Both the position numbers and the translations under genes were made by a program. A DNA stretch of 64,000 nucleotides, from assembly GCA_041650835.1 (NCBI GenBank), contig JBAZKL010000003.1, forward strand, positions 99,682-163,681, written 5' to 3'. The stretch's first letter is position 1. The number at the start of each line of letters is the position of its first letter. This stretch comes from Candidatus Omnitrophota bacterium. Its GTDB lineage: Bacteria > Omnitrophota > Gorgyraeia > Gygaellales > Profunditerraquicolaceae. Shown here piece after piece: positions 40,990 through 49,502 of the stretch. The notes beneath the pieces were generated by a model that saw only the letters and a program-made list of their open reading frames with translations, was not told the origin of the DNA and searched no databases.

Positions 40990-41253
40990 TTAATGACGCG
41001 GGTTCTTGCTGATATGCAAGATCGCTTTTGTTAATTCTTTAACGACGTCTGCGCGGAACTGGGTGCCTTGTTCATTGAGCTTGGTAAACACCCGCCCCTT
41101 ATCGGTAATGACATAATTCGGCGGTAGCCTGTTCAAAGCCCAAACCATAATATCAAACTTGCATTTCTGGCATTTACATATATCCTCGATCTCGGAGAAT
41201 AATTCATTCAACTCATCTTCAACAATATCTTCCATGTAATTATGTATTTGCAT
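40990..41253 (-). CDS. ComFB-family protein (late competence ComFB-like; candidate cyclic-dinucleotide receptor)
   Basis: 87 aa. It shows the ComFB hallmark cysteine cluster and downstream motif ICKCQKCKFDIMVWALNRLPPNYV. It is embedded inside the che operon with an 8 bp gap to cheR. Confidence 0.75.
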   Translation of the reverse strand: MQIHNYMEDIVEDELNELFSEIEDICKCQKCKFDIMVWALNRLPPNYVITDKGRVFTKLNEQGTQFRADVVKELTKAILHISKNPRH

Positions 41254-41412
41254 GAATGCCTCCTTGTAGCTTCATTATTCGGCTGCTGCAACACCGATAA
41301 CCTTACACCCCCCGCGCTGATCGCACCTTGACTTATCGGATAGCCAAGTGCGCGCTTTCTGCGCAGGAATTGCGCGGGGTATGCTGCTTTCTGCAGCACC
41401 GATAACCGAATA

Positions 41413-43560
41413 TTAAACTCTATCCTCAAACAATATCTGAACCCTAGCCCCTTCAGTTAAAGGCGTCACAAATCCCGCAGGGCTATCATTAACCAGGATC
41501 CTGATCTTTTTCCCAAAGCCCTTGTAAGGATCAAAGTCAATATACTTGAATATATCGGAAAGCAGGATCTGTCTTTTCTTTACGTAATAGACCTTTATAT
41601 CCGCGCCATCGATCAAGAATTCATCAAGTTTGACCTGCTGGCCGTTCATAAAGGCCTGCACCGCCTCAAAGGCCATATCAATATCTTTACCGTCTACGGT
41701 CACATGTATCGTATCATGCATTTTAGGCAAGTCAATAATATCTTTGATCCGGTAATAGGTCGGGGTATCCGCGACAAATTCCAGGAAATCATTTTCCTTC
41801 AATTCAGCATCCAAGCCGGTCAATTGCCCATTAAGCCTCAGCGTAAAATTCTGCTGGGTCAATATCCGCGGGGCCTCATTGACATTAACCAGGATCTGGC
41901 GTTCAGACAAATTATCCATGCCGATACCCTGAAACTCCAAAAGATCGCGAACCCGGGGGCCAATCGTTTCAATAACAGCGCGGTCGGGCACCATTGCTTC
42001 CGCAGCGCGCCGGATACCGTTCACCAAAACAGGGGCGTTGAATTTCACCTGCTGACGGTTAAATATTACGGAAACCGCCTGAGGGGCGACAACTTCCTGC
42101 AAACGAACACACCCGTCAACGCCGTCAACGGCTTCAACAAAGGTGAGGGAATCCCCATCTTCTACTTGATCAGCGAGAGAATTAACCGGGTTACCGTTTA
42201 AACTTACCGTTGCTGAGCCGCCGAGGCTACCTTTAAAAATCCGCAGCTCCCCATTGACTTCAGCCGTCAAAGACAAACCGGGGCGGGGAAACAGCTTCTT
42301 GTTCACAATCACCCCTGATGCCGTCAATACGGCCATGATATCTTTTTTTTGCTGAAAATCCAGCATCCGTAACGGCCGGCCGTTGACCGTAACATTAATA
42401 AAACGCAATCCTAAAGACTGCATCGTCATGAGCGTAATACCTATGGGAGTTATGGTTTCCGGCCCCTTGAGCTTCCCGGTAAGGTCATGGACACTCTTGA
42501 TCATATGCGGCAGGCGTACGCCAACCTTGTGAGGGGCGATCCCAAAGCCTTTCGCAAGCTCCTGGACCAGGTCAAACGTCTGGCTTGCCCCTCCGACAAC
42601 AACAACAGCTTCGGGAGGCCCTTCATTCAACGCAAGGCCGGCCTGAGCGATCGATGCCGCTAATTTGTTAACGGCAGGTAACAGGTTTTTCTTAAGGGTG
42701 AAAATATCGATACGCTGAGGCTTTCCCCAAATATCTTCATAGGCGACCATGACATCGTGATCCAGGGAGCGCTTGATCCGTTCCGCGGAAGAGAAATCCA
42801 CCAGCAAAACCTTGGAAATATATTCCGTGATCTCATCACCCGCTTCGGGGACCATGCCGTAGGCGAAAACAAACCCGCCCTTGGTCAAGGCCAGATCAGA
42901 CGTTCCGGCACCGATATCAATAAGGACGATATTAAGGCTGCGCATCTCCGGGGGGACAATAGCATTGAGAGCGGCAATAGGCTCAAGGGTCATATTAATC
43001 GCCTCAAGCCCGGCCTTTTCCAACACGGCGAACATGCTGTCTAAAACTACGCGCGGCAAGAATGTCGCAATAACCTCGACACAGATCATTTTCCCGCGAT
43101 GGCCCCGGAGGCTGGAGATCCGGTTATTATCCAGCTCGTAATAAACAGGACTGTAGCCGACGCAATAAAATTCAGAGAGCTTGTTCCCCGAATTAGAAAC
43201 GATCGCCTCGATAGCTTCCAACTCCAGGTCACGCACGATCGCCGGAGTGATCTCCTGCTCCGTGCCAAGTTCTTTGGAAACCTTACTTTTATGCGCGGCC
43301 AGATTTCTCCCGGCGACCGCTACCCCGACTTGCCTGAGCTTCCTGCCCAGGCGCGATTCAAGGCTTTCTTTTATCTTAACGACGGTCTTGACGACCTCTT
43401 CAATGCTATGGATCTGCCCGTCGAACATCGGGCGCGCCGCATGTTCCCGGACCTCCACATCGACGATCTCGACATGCTCATCCTGCTGACGGGCAACAAT
43501 CCCCATCACCTTGCGTGTCCCGATATCCAACGCAAATATTTCCCGCGCCATAGGAATCAT
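41413..43560 (-). CDS. Actin-like ATPase (FtsA/PilM/EutJ superfamily) N-terminal half fused to a C-terminal array of 4-5 small ThiS/MoaD-like (beta-grasp) repeats
   Basis: 715 aa. The N-terminal ~370 aa carry ASKHA motifs: FALDIGTRKV (phosphate-1), LIDIGAGTSDLAL (phosphate-2) and VVVGGASQ (adenosine). The C-terminus repeats a V/L-x-V/L-N-G...L..GD.I.F/V pattern (VTVNGRPL; SLNGNPVNSLADQVEDGDSLTFV; RLNGQLTGLDAELKENDFLEFV; MNGQQVKLDEFLIDGADIKVYYV; LVNDSPAGFVTPLTEGARVQILF). Its start overlaps the upstream cheC by 4 bp (ATGA). Confidence 0.6.
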   Translation of the reverse strand: MIPMAREIFALDIGTRKVMGIVARQQDEHVEIVDVEVREHAARPMFDGQIHSIEEVVKTVVKIKESLESRLGRKLRQVGVAVAGRNLAAHKSKVSKELGTEQEITPAIVRDLELEAIEAIVSNSGNKLSEFYCVGYSPVYYELDNNRISSLRGHRGKMICVEVIATFLPRVVLDSMFAVLEKAGLEAINMTLEPIAALNAIVPPEMRSLNIVLIDIGAGTSDLALTKGGFVFAYGMVPEAGDEITEYISKVLLVDFSSAERIKRSLDHDVMVAYEDIWGKPQRIDIFTLKKNLLPAVNKLAASIAQAGLALNEGPPEAVVVVGGASQTFDLVQELAKGFGIAPHKVGVRLPHMIKSVHDLTGKLKGPETITPIGITLMTMQSLGLRFINVTVNGRPLRMLDFQQKKDIMAVLTASGVIVNKKLFPRPGLSLTAEVNGELRIFKGSLGGSATVSLNGNPVNSLADQVEDGDSLTFVEAVDGVDGCVRLQEVVAPQAVSVIFNRQQVKFNAPVLVNGIRRAAEAMVPDRAVIETIGPRVRDLLEFQGIGMDNLSERQILVNVNEAPRILTQQNFTLRLNGQLTGLDAELKENDFLEFVADTPTYYRIKDIIDLPKMHDTIHVTVDGKDIDMAFEAVQAFMNGQQVKLDEFLIDGADIKVYYVKKRQILLSDIFKYIDFDPYKGFGKKIRILVNDSPAGFVTPLTEGARVQILFEDRV

Positions 43561-44177
43561 GTTTGATTTATACTAAGGATCTTATGCACGCTTTCCTGCG
43601 CCAATAAGAAAAGGACGAAGACATTCAACTCGACATCTTCGATAAAAAGACGGTTCTCGATCGGCAGGATATACCCGGCATCGCCCTTATGCAGCCCGGC
43701 GATCAAGTGACGGACCAAACGAGCCATCGTATCCATGTGGATCTGATTTACCGACGGGACTAATTTATACAGCTTCAAGAACTCAGTCACCGCGTTCAAG
43801 TAGGAACAACAGAGGATATTAGAACTTTCGGAGAGGGCGGAAGCATCCGCAAGATTAAAAAGCTGGCTGGTCCCGGCTTTCCGGCGCGCGAGAATATCGA
43901 TCATTGAAAGCGCGCTCTTGAGCGAGAACAAAACCAGCATATCACCGGTTAAAGACCCCAAAATATTCACGCTGACCGCCATGCCTATTTCATGGGGGTC
44001 GGATAAGAATTCGGCGCTTAAAACCTCAGGGAATGAAAGGATCTTAACGCTCGGGACATTAATAAGCACTTTCTTGTTAAAAAGCTGGCCTAAAGCCGTG
44101 GCGGCATTACCCGCGCCGATATTGCCGATTTCTTTTAATACGTCTAATTGCTGAGATGTTAAATTCAATCCGCTCAT
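43557..44177 (-). CDS. cheC: CheC-family phosphatase
   Basis: 206 aa with a canonical first repeat (LDVLKEIGNIGAGNAATALGQL) and a second repeat (SALSESSNILCCSYLNAV). Confidence 0.85.
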   Translation of the reverse strand: MSGLNLTSQQLDVLKEIGNIGAGNAATALGQLFNKKVLINVPSVKILSFPEVLSAEFLSDPHEIGMAVSVNILGSLTGDMLVLFSLKSALSMIDILARRKAGTSQLFNLADASALSESSNILCCSYLNAVTEFLKLYKLVPSVNQIHMDTMARLVRHLIAGLHKGDAGYILPIENRLFIEDVELNVFVLFLLAQESVHKILSINQT

Positions 44178-44189
44178 TTTTACCTTTGC

Positions 44190-46184
44190 CTAACGCAGGC
44201 TCATCGTATCTAAAATCAACGCGACTTTCCCGTCACCCAGTATCGTCGCTCCCGCAATTCCCTTTGTCCGCTTGATCAACGCCCCTAAAGGCTTGACGAC
44301 AATATCTTGTTCGCCTAATACCTGGTTGACGACCAAACCGGCTGCTTTTGTGCCGTATTCAATAATGATCACGGACAAACTTGTATCTTCGGCGGCATCA
44401 AGCTGTAACGCCAGCTTCTTAATATCGAGTTCTTTCTGCAGCCGGATGATCGGGATGATCTCATCCCTGACCCGCGCCACTTCAAAATTCTGTATGATCC
44501 GGAGCTCTTCTTCCTGGATCTTAATGATCTCCCGGACGCTCATTAAGGGGATCGCAAAGACCTCGTTACCCACCTTGACCAGCATCGCCTTGATGATCGC
44601 CAACGTCAACGGCAGCGTCAGGATAAAACGGCTCCCCTTACCGGGCTCGGTTTCAAATTCAAGCCTGCCCCCCAGGGATTCGATCTTGGATTTAACGACA
44701 TCCAGCCCTACGCCCCTGCCTGAAATATCGGTTACTTTCTTGGCGGTCGAAAAGCCGGGCAGCGTGATCAGGTCAAGGATCTTTTTTTCATCAAGGCCTA
44801 CGGCTTCTGCTTCCGTTATCAGTCCTTTCGTAAGAGCAACGTTCTTGACTGTCGTGAAATTAACGCCCCTGCCGTCATCGGCTATCTCAATGAAGATCTG
44901 GCCTTTCTGCCTGCTGACCTGAATAAGCAATTTGGCGTTCGGCTTCTTGCCGGCAGCGCTGCGCTCCTCGGGGTTTTCGATACCATGATCAATAGCATTG
45001 CGTATCAAATGCACCAGCGGGTCGCTCATTTCATCAAGGACCACGCGGTCCAATTCGATCTCACTCCCGCTGATCTCCAGCTCCACCTGTTTATTCTGCT
45101 TCCGGGCCAGGTCCCTGACCATGCGCGGAAAAGTATCCAGGATATAAGCGACCGGTAATAACCGCGTCTGCATGATCTCATCTTGCAGCGACGAAATAAG
45201 CCGGTCGAGCATCGAACTGACATCTTCTAAAGGGTCTATCTTATACTGCTGAGAGATCTGCATCAGGCGGATCTTAGCGATCGCCAGCTCCCCCATCAAA
45301 TTCATGATCTTATCCAAACGTTCCACCGGCAGGCGCATACTCTGGATCTTCTTGACATAATGCTGGGCAGGAGCAGCGACGGTAGCGGATGAAGCAGCCC
45401 CCCCTGCTACGGCAGGACGGACATTGATTTCAAGGGAATTGATCTCCACCTTCTCGATCTCCGAGATAGTCAACAAGACCCGGTTGATCGTTTCTTGAGT
45501 CTCTTTTGTTTCCAGGATCAAGGTAAAGGTAAAATCAAATTTACCCTCTTTCAGGCAATCAAGCGCAGGCAAGGACTTAATGATCTCTCCGCTGCGTTTG
45601 ATATTATTAACCACCAGGTACGCGCGGGCCTCACGCATGACACAATCCTTGGAAATGATCACTTTGACCTTATAGATATTATGCTTGAGGTCCTTTGCCA
45701 GGTTTATTTTTTTAAGCTCTTCTTCGCTGAACTCAATATCCCCGTTCCCTTCTAAAACCTTCTTCGCCGGTCCGGTTGAACCCGAGGCAATTTTCTCCAC
45801 ATCGGGCTCCTGGGTAAAAATATCCTTCAAATCCTGCAAAAAAGGATTAATGTCGACCTTGGATTCCTGTTTGGCTTTTATTTCCTCGACTAATTTTTCC
45901 AGGAGGTCAACGGTAGCAAAAAGCTTATCGATGATCTCTGAGGTGACCTTCTTGCGCTGGCTGCGCAACTCATCCAGAAGGTTCTCCATATGGTGGGATA
46001 ACTGGGTAAGTTTATCAAACCCCATCGTTGCCGACATGCCTTTTAAGGTATGCATACAACGGAAGATCTCATTCAACGAACTTAAGTCGGCGGGATTTTC
46101 TTCAAGTTTAACCAGGCAATTACTGATAACGCTGAGGTATTCTTCGGACTCGGTAAGAAATAATTCTCTATAGCTATCCTGCAT
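44190..46184 (-). CDS. cheA: Chemotaxis histidine kinase CheA
   Basis: 664 aa. It has an HPt domain (FRCMHTLKGMSATMGF), a dimerisation domain, a HATPase_c domain (DDGRGV, GRGVGLDVV) and a C-terminal CheW-like domain. Confidence 0.9.
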   Translation of the reverse strand: MQDSYRELFLTESEEYLSVISNCLVKLEENPADLSSLNEIFRCMHTLKGMSATMGFDKLTQLSHHMENLLDELRSQRKKVTSEIIDKLFATVDLLEKLVEEIKAKQESKVDINPFLQDLKDIFTQEPDVEKIASGSTGPAKKVLEGNGDIEFSEEELKKINLAKDLKHNIYKVKVIISKDCVMREARAYLVVNNIKRSGEIIKSLPALDCLKEGKFDFTFTLILETKETQETINRVLLTISEIEKVEINSLEINVRPAVAGGAASSATVAAPAQHYVKKIQSMRLPVERLDKIMNLMGELAIAKIRLMQISQQYKIDPLEDVSSMLDRLISSLQDEIMQTRLLPVAYILDTFPRMVRDLARKQNKQVELEISGSEIELDRVVLDEMSDPLVHLIRNAIDHGIENPEERSAAGKKPNAKLLIQVSRQKGQIFIEIADDGRGVNFTTVKNVALTKGLITEAEAVGLDEKKILDLITLPGFSTAKKVTDISGRGVGLDVVKSKIESLGGRLEFETEPGKGSRFILTLPLTLAIIKAMLVKVGNEVFAIPLMSVREIIKIQEEELRIIQNFEVARVRDEIIPIIRLQKELDIKKLALQLDAAEDTSLSVIIIEYGTKAAGLVVNQVLGEQDIVVKPLGALIKRTKGIAGATILGDGKVALILDTMSLR

Positions 46185-46212
46185 AAAAGGCCTTCAAGGA
46201 TTGTGTATTGTA

Positions 46213-46821
46213 TTATTCGCCGATGCTTTTAATAATAAGCTCCAGCCCCACCGAGTTGGGGATCAGGAAAAAATGCCCCCGGATGGAAGCTTTGAGTTCC
46301 GTAAATTCAGATTCGATCAAAAGGGCAAACTCAGACGTACAACTTAATTCGATCAAAACATAATCAAGCATTGCCCCCGCCATATCAATGATCAACTCCG
46401 GCACAGTCGGGACCAACCCCAAGCCGACAAAGCTCCCTAACGCCCCCAAATAAGCGTTAGCGAGTATCACCCCTACTTCTTTTAACGCAGAACGCTCGAC
46501 ATCGCCGATAACGCTTCCGCCGGAAACCGGCTTGCCGGTCATCAGCCCCGCGAGGGCAAGCGCGTCTTTCTGGGAAAAGATAAAAATAATGGTGCTCGGT
46601 AAATCGCCGAGGACCCGTAAAACCAGGCCCGCGACAAGCTGATCATCGCCGCCGACGGCATTCGGGACCTCTTCAATAGGAAGAAACAATATCCGGGGGA
46701 CAACGATACTAATATTGGTATCGAGCAACTGCGATAGCGCGGTCGCGGCATTACCGGCACAAATATTGCCGATCTCCTTCATCGCGTCTTTTTGCTTATC
46801 GGTAAAAGCCATATCAGCCAT
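46213..46821 (-). CDS. cheC: CheC-family phosphatase
   Basis: 202 aa with a canonical first repeat (DAMKEIGNICAGNAATALSQLL). The second repeat has E but N replaced by V (SALKEVGV). Confidence 0.85.
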   Translation of the reverse strand: MADMAFTDKQKDAMKEIGNICAGNAATALSQLLDTNISIVVPRILFLPIEEVPNAVGGDDQLVAGLVLRVLGDLPSTIIFIFSQKDALALAGLMTGKPVSGGSVIGDVERSALKEVGVILANAYLGALGSFVGLGLVPTVPELIIDMAGAMLDYVLIELSCTSEFALLIESEFTELKASIRGHFFLIPNSVGLELIIKSIGE

Positions 46822-46869
46822 TTCGCTTACGCTCCTCCTGCGTTTACGTGCAAATAAATAAACGGTCGG

Positions 46870-47256
46870 TTACAATCTTTTTTCCGCCGGAAGCAAAGCA
46901 TTACGGACCGCCTCCACCAGCCGGATCGCCTGGACCGGCTTCGTCACAAAATCTTTGGCTCCCGCCCGTATCGCCTCCACAACCAACGACTGCTGCCCCA
47001 TAACCGAACAAATCAATATCTTCGCGTTCGGGTCGATTTTGACAATTTCCCTCACAGCGCCGATACCGTCAAGCTCTTCCATCATAGGCATGACAATATC
47101 CATAGTCACCAGATCAGGCTTGAACTCTTGATACTTCACAACCGCATCTTTGGCGTTCGAAGCTTCAACGCAGATCTCGTAACCTTCTGCGGTCAAGATC
47201 TTGGCGATCATTTGGCGCATAAAAACAGCATCATCAACTATCATAATTTTTGCCAT
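46870..47256 (-). CDS. cheY: Chemotaxis response regulator CheY (second copy, first gene of the operon)
   Basis: 128 aa single-domain receiver (IMIVDDAVFMRQMI, DLVTMDIVMP, KDFVTKPV). It is ~60% identical to the CheY at 39710..40081. Confidence 0.9.
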   Translation of the reverse strand: MAKIMIVDDAVFMRQMIAKILTAEGYEICVEASNAKDAVVKYQEFKPDLVTMDIVMPMMEELDGIGAVREIVKIDPNAKILICSVMGQQSLVVEAIRAGAKDFVTKPVQAIRLVEAVRNALLPAEKRL

Positions 47257-47273
47257 ACATACCTCTCGTAAAA

Positions 47274-47301
47274 ATTATAAGCTACTCTGACATTATGTCA
47301 A
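47274..47301 (-). promoter_or_regulatory. Candidate sigma70-like promoter for the che operon
   Basis: On the minus strand: TTGACA (47301-47296), a 16-nt spacer, then TATAAT (47279-47274). The RBS AGAGG and the ATG follow within ~18 nt. The predicted TSS would fall at or inside the SD, so the leader would be very short. Confidence 0.3.
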
Positions 47302-47357
47302 GAGAAATCGTCCTTTTCCAATTCCCTCTTAAGTTTTTTAATCCAAGCTACTTACCG

Positions 47358-48134
47358 TTATTTTTTCTTAAGCGATCTTGTTTTGATAACGTCAGAGATC
47401 ACCCCCCAGCCGCATAAAAAACCGCAGGCTGCATAAAACAGCGTTATCACCAAGCGGTCGGCAACCGCCAAAGCAACAGACTGTTTAAAAGGCACCCCTG
47501 TCTGCATCAACAAGAACGTCATCCCGCTTTCCTTGATACCGAGCCCTGAGGGAAGAGGAGAAAGATATCCCATGGTAAAGGAAATGGCGATAAGCTTAAC
47601 CATTTCCCCCCAGGGGATACGCACGCCGAACACCTTGAATAAAAACCAATAATAACAGACGCCGGAGATAATATTCAAGAGCGCAAGCGGCGCCACGGCA
47701 AGAATATTACGGCTCGTTCCTTTAAAATACCCCGCGGCGTTGCTGATAAAATCACCCAGCCGCTTTCTTTTATTCAGGATAAAAAAGAAGGCCAGCGCAA
47801 AAAAAACGATCAAGAACCAATGGGTGCGCGCCGCAAGCTGCGCGCCGAAATATAACCCGGCGATAATCCACGGCAAGACAGAAAAGAGCTCGAGAGCGGC
47901 GAATGACGCAAGGCTTTTATATAACGGGACAGAGTCATTCTTAAGCGCCGCGCTTGCCAATGCGTAGCCGGAACCCGTCAAAAATATCTTATTCAACGCC
48001 CCCGCAACGATCGTCCCTTGTATCGCTTTTCCCAAAGAAACCTGCCGATTAAGTAAGATCCAAAAAACACATGAGCTTAAAAAAACACTCATTCCTAACG
48101 CCAAGAAAATAAATACCCCATAGACGATCGTCAT
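47358..48134 (-). CDS. Polytopic membrane protein (lysylphosphatidylglycerol-synthase TM-region / UPF0104 flippase-like)
   Basis: ~258 aa with 7-8 TM helices. Start chosen at the second ATG (MTIVYGV...) because it forms a 4-bp ATGA overlap with the upstream methyltransferase stop; the track start is 48146. The family call is weak. Confidence 0.4.
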   Translation of the reverse strand: MTIVYGVFIFLALGMSVFLSSCVFWILLNRQVSLGKAIQGTIVAGALNKIFLTGSGYALASAALKNDSVPLYKSLASFAALELFSVLPWIIAGLYFGAQLAARTHWFLIVFFALAFFFILNKRKRLGDFISNAAGYFKGTSRNILAVAPLALLNIISGVCYYWFLFKVFGVRIPWGEMVKLIAISFTMGYLSPLPSGLGIKESGMTFLLMQTGVPFKQSVALAVADRLVITLFYAACGFLCGWGVISDVIKTRSLKKK

Positions 48135-48793
48135 CGTTTCCGGCACACACCCGTTAATCCTTTACACCAAGGAGTAAACCTGCTCAAGAAGCCGTGGAAT
48201 TTGCGCACAGATGAAAACCGGCGCCACGGCAGGAGCCATCCGAAACGCCCGTATAAACACACTTCCGGGAAACTCTTTTCTAACAGCGCTTTAAACTCGA
48301 AATAATCCAGTTCCGAGAAATGCGTGGGATGCTTTTCTCCGGTCAGGGCGCAATATACCCAAAACAACGGCTTATTCGGCGTCGAGATCACGAATGTTCC
48401 CGAAGGAGACAGCACCCGGGATATCTCCTCAAGAAAACCCCGGTGAAACAACCGATGAGGGAGATGTTCAATGACTTCGATAGCGCAGACTGTCTCAAAA
48501 GAATTATCCTTAAAAGGGAGCTTACGCGCATCCGCGCGGACAAAGCTTATTCCTGCCGCGCCTGCCAACCGGCGAGCCCTGAGGAGCCTGCCGGCGGAAA
48601 TATCCATCGAGATCAACGTGTCGCAGCGGCCGCGGATATCTTTGGCCCACATGCCGTCTCCGCAGCCGATCTCCAGGCACCTTCCCCGTACATGCGTAAG
48701 CACAAAATCAACAAACTCCCGGGAGCCGCTTTGCCGATGCGCCTGCTTTGCCGCGGAAAGCTCTAAAGAATCCAAGTATGTTTTTTCATTCAT
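48131..48793 (-). CDS. Class I SAM-dependent methyltransferase
   Basis: 220 aa with motif I (LEIGCGDGMW) and motif post-I/II (ISMDIS; VCAIEVIEHL). Confidence 0.7.
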   Translation of the reverse strand: MNEKTYLDSLELSAAKQAHRQSGSREFVDFVLTHVRGRCLEIGCGDGMWAKDIRGRCDTLISMDISAGRLLRARRLAGAAGISFVRADARKLPFKDNSFETVCAIEVIEHLPHRLFHRGFLEEISRVLSPSGTFVISTPNKPLFWVYCALTGEKHPTHFSELDYFEFKALLEKSFPEVCLYGRFGWLLPWRRFSSVRKFHGFLSRFTPWCKGLTGVCRKR

Positions 48794-48794
48794 A

Positions 48795-49502
48795 TTATTT
48801 CCGCGCTACCATGCTGTAACCCAGCGTATCTTCTTCATTCTTGTTCAAACATTCCAATAAAACAAACGACGATTGGACAAGAGCGCAGGTAAAAAGCTTT
48901 AAAGCCTCCGCGGCGGCGGATCGCGGCCTGCCGCCGGCATAATAAAGGTAATTACTTAACCGCTGGCCCATCATCTTCCAGAACCCTCCCCGCGCTTTAA
49001 CAGTGACTTGCGTAAAGCCGGCCGTTGCCGCCAGGTAACTTAAGCCGTAACGGGTAAAACGGTAATAATCATGCGGGGCCTCATGAATGCCCCAATCCAT
49101 CGGCGCTGTTAAGATAAGGCAGCCGCCTTTTTTGAGCACCCGGTAAGCTTCCCGGAATAACACCTGGGGGCGGCGGACATGCTCAAGCGCCTGGATAGAC
49201 AAGACCGTATCAAAGCTATTATCCCTGAACGGCAGTTCCTCTGCCGAGCCGTAAATATCCGGCTTGCCGGATGAAGTTGTTACATCGAGCCCGATATAAC
49301 GCGAACAGTAACCGTCAAAAACCGCCTGGTATGGCTTTTCACCGCAGCCTATATCCAACAAAACCCCTTTGGCATCTATGCGGCAGGAGATGAGCGCGTC
49401 AAGTATCGACTGTTTTTCGATCCGCTGCGGATGCAGCCAGGGAAACCTCCCCCTGAGGATATACGCTGAACGTTTTTTCCTGAAAATTTCCCTGGCATTC
49501 AT
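48795..49502 (-). CDS. Class I SAM-dependent methyltransferase
   Basis: It has motif I (LLDIGCGEKPY) and VLKKGGCLIL. The ATG at 49502 overlaps the GT4 stop as ATGA. The track start at 49553 is a TTG and would overlap GT4 by 55 nt. Confidence 0.65.
   Translation of the reverse strand: MNAREIFRKKRSAYILRGRFPWLHPQRIEKQSILDALISCRIDAKGVLLDIGCGEKPYQAVFDGYCSRYIGLDVTTSSGKPDIYGSAEELPFRDNSFDTVLSIQALEHVRRPQVLFREAYRVLKKGGCLILTAPMDWGIHEAPHDYYRFTRYGLSYLAATAGFTQVTVKARGGFWKMMGQRLSNYLYYAGGRPRSAAAEALKLFTCALVQSSFVLLECLNKNEEDTLGYSMVARK

Noticed and set aside
41208-41429. 73-aa minus-strand ORF bridging the comFB-like gene and the actin-like gene.
   Set aside because: It overlaps both flanking genes' ends and covers the repeat-containing intergenic region. 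Likely spurious.
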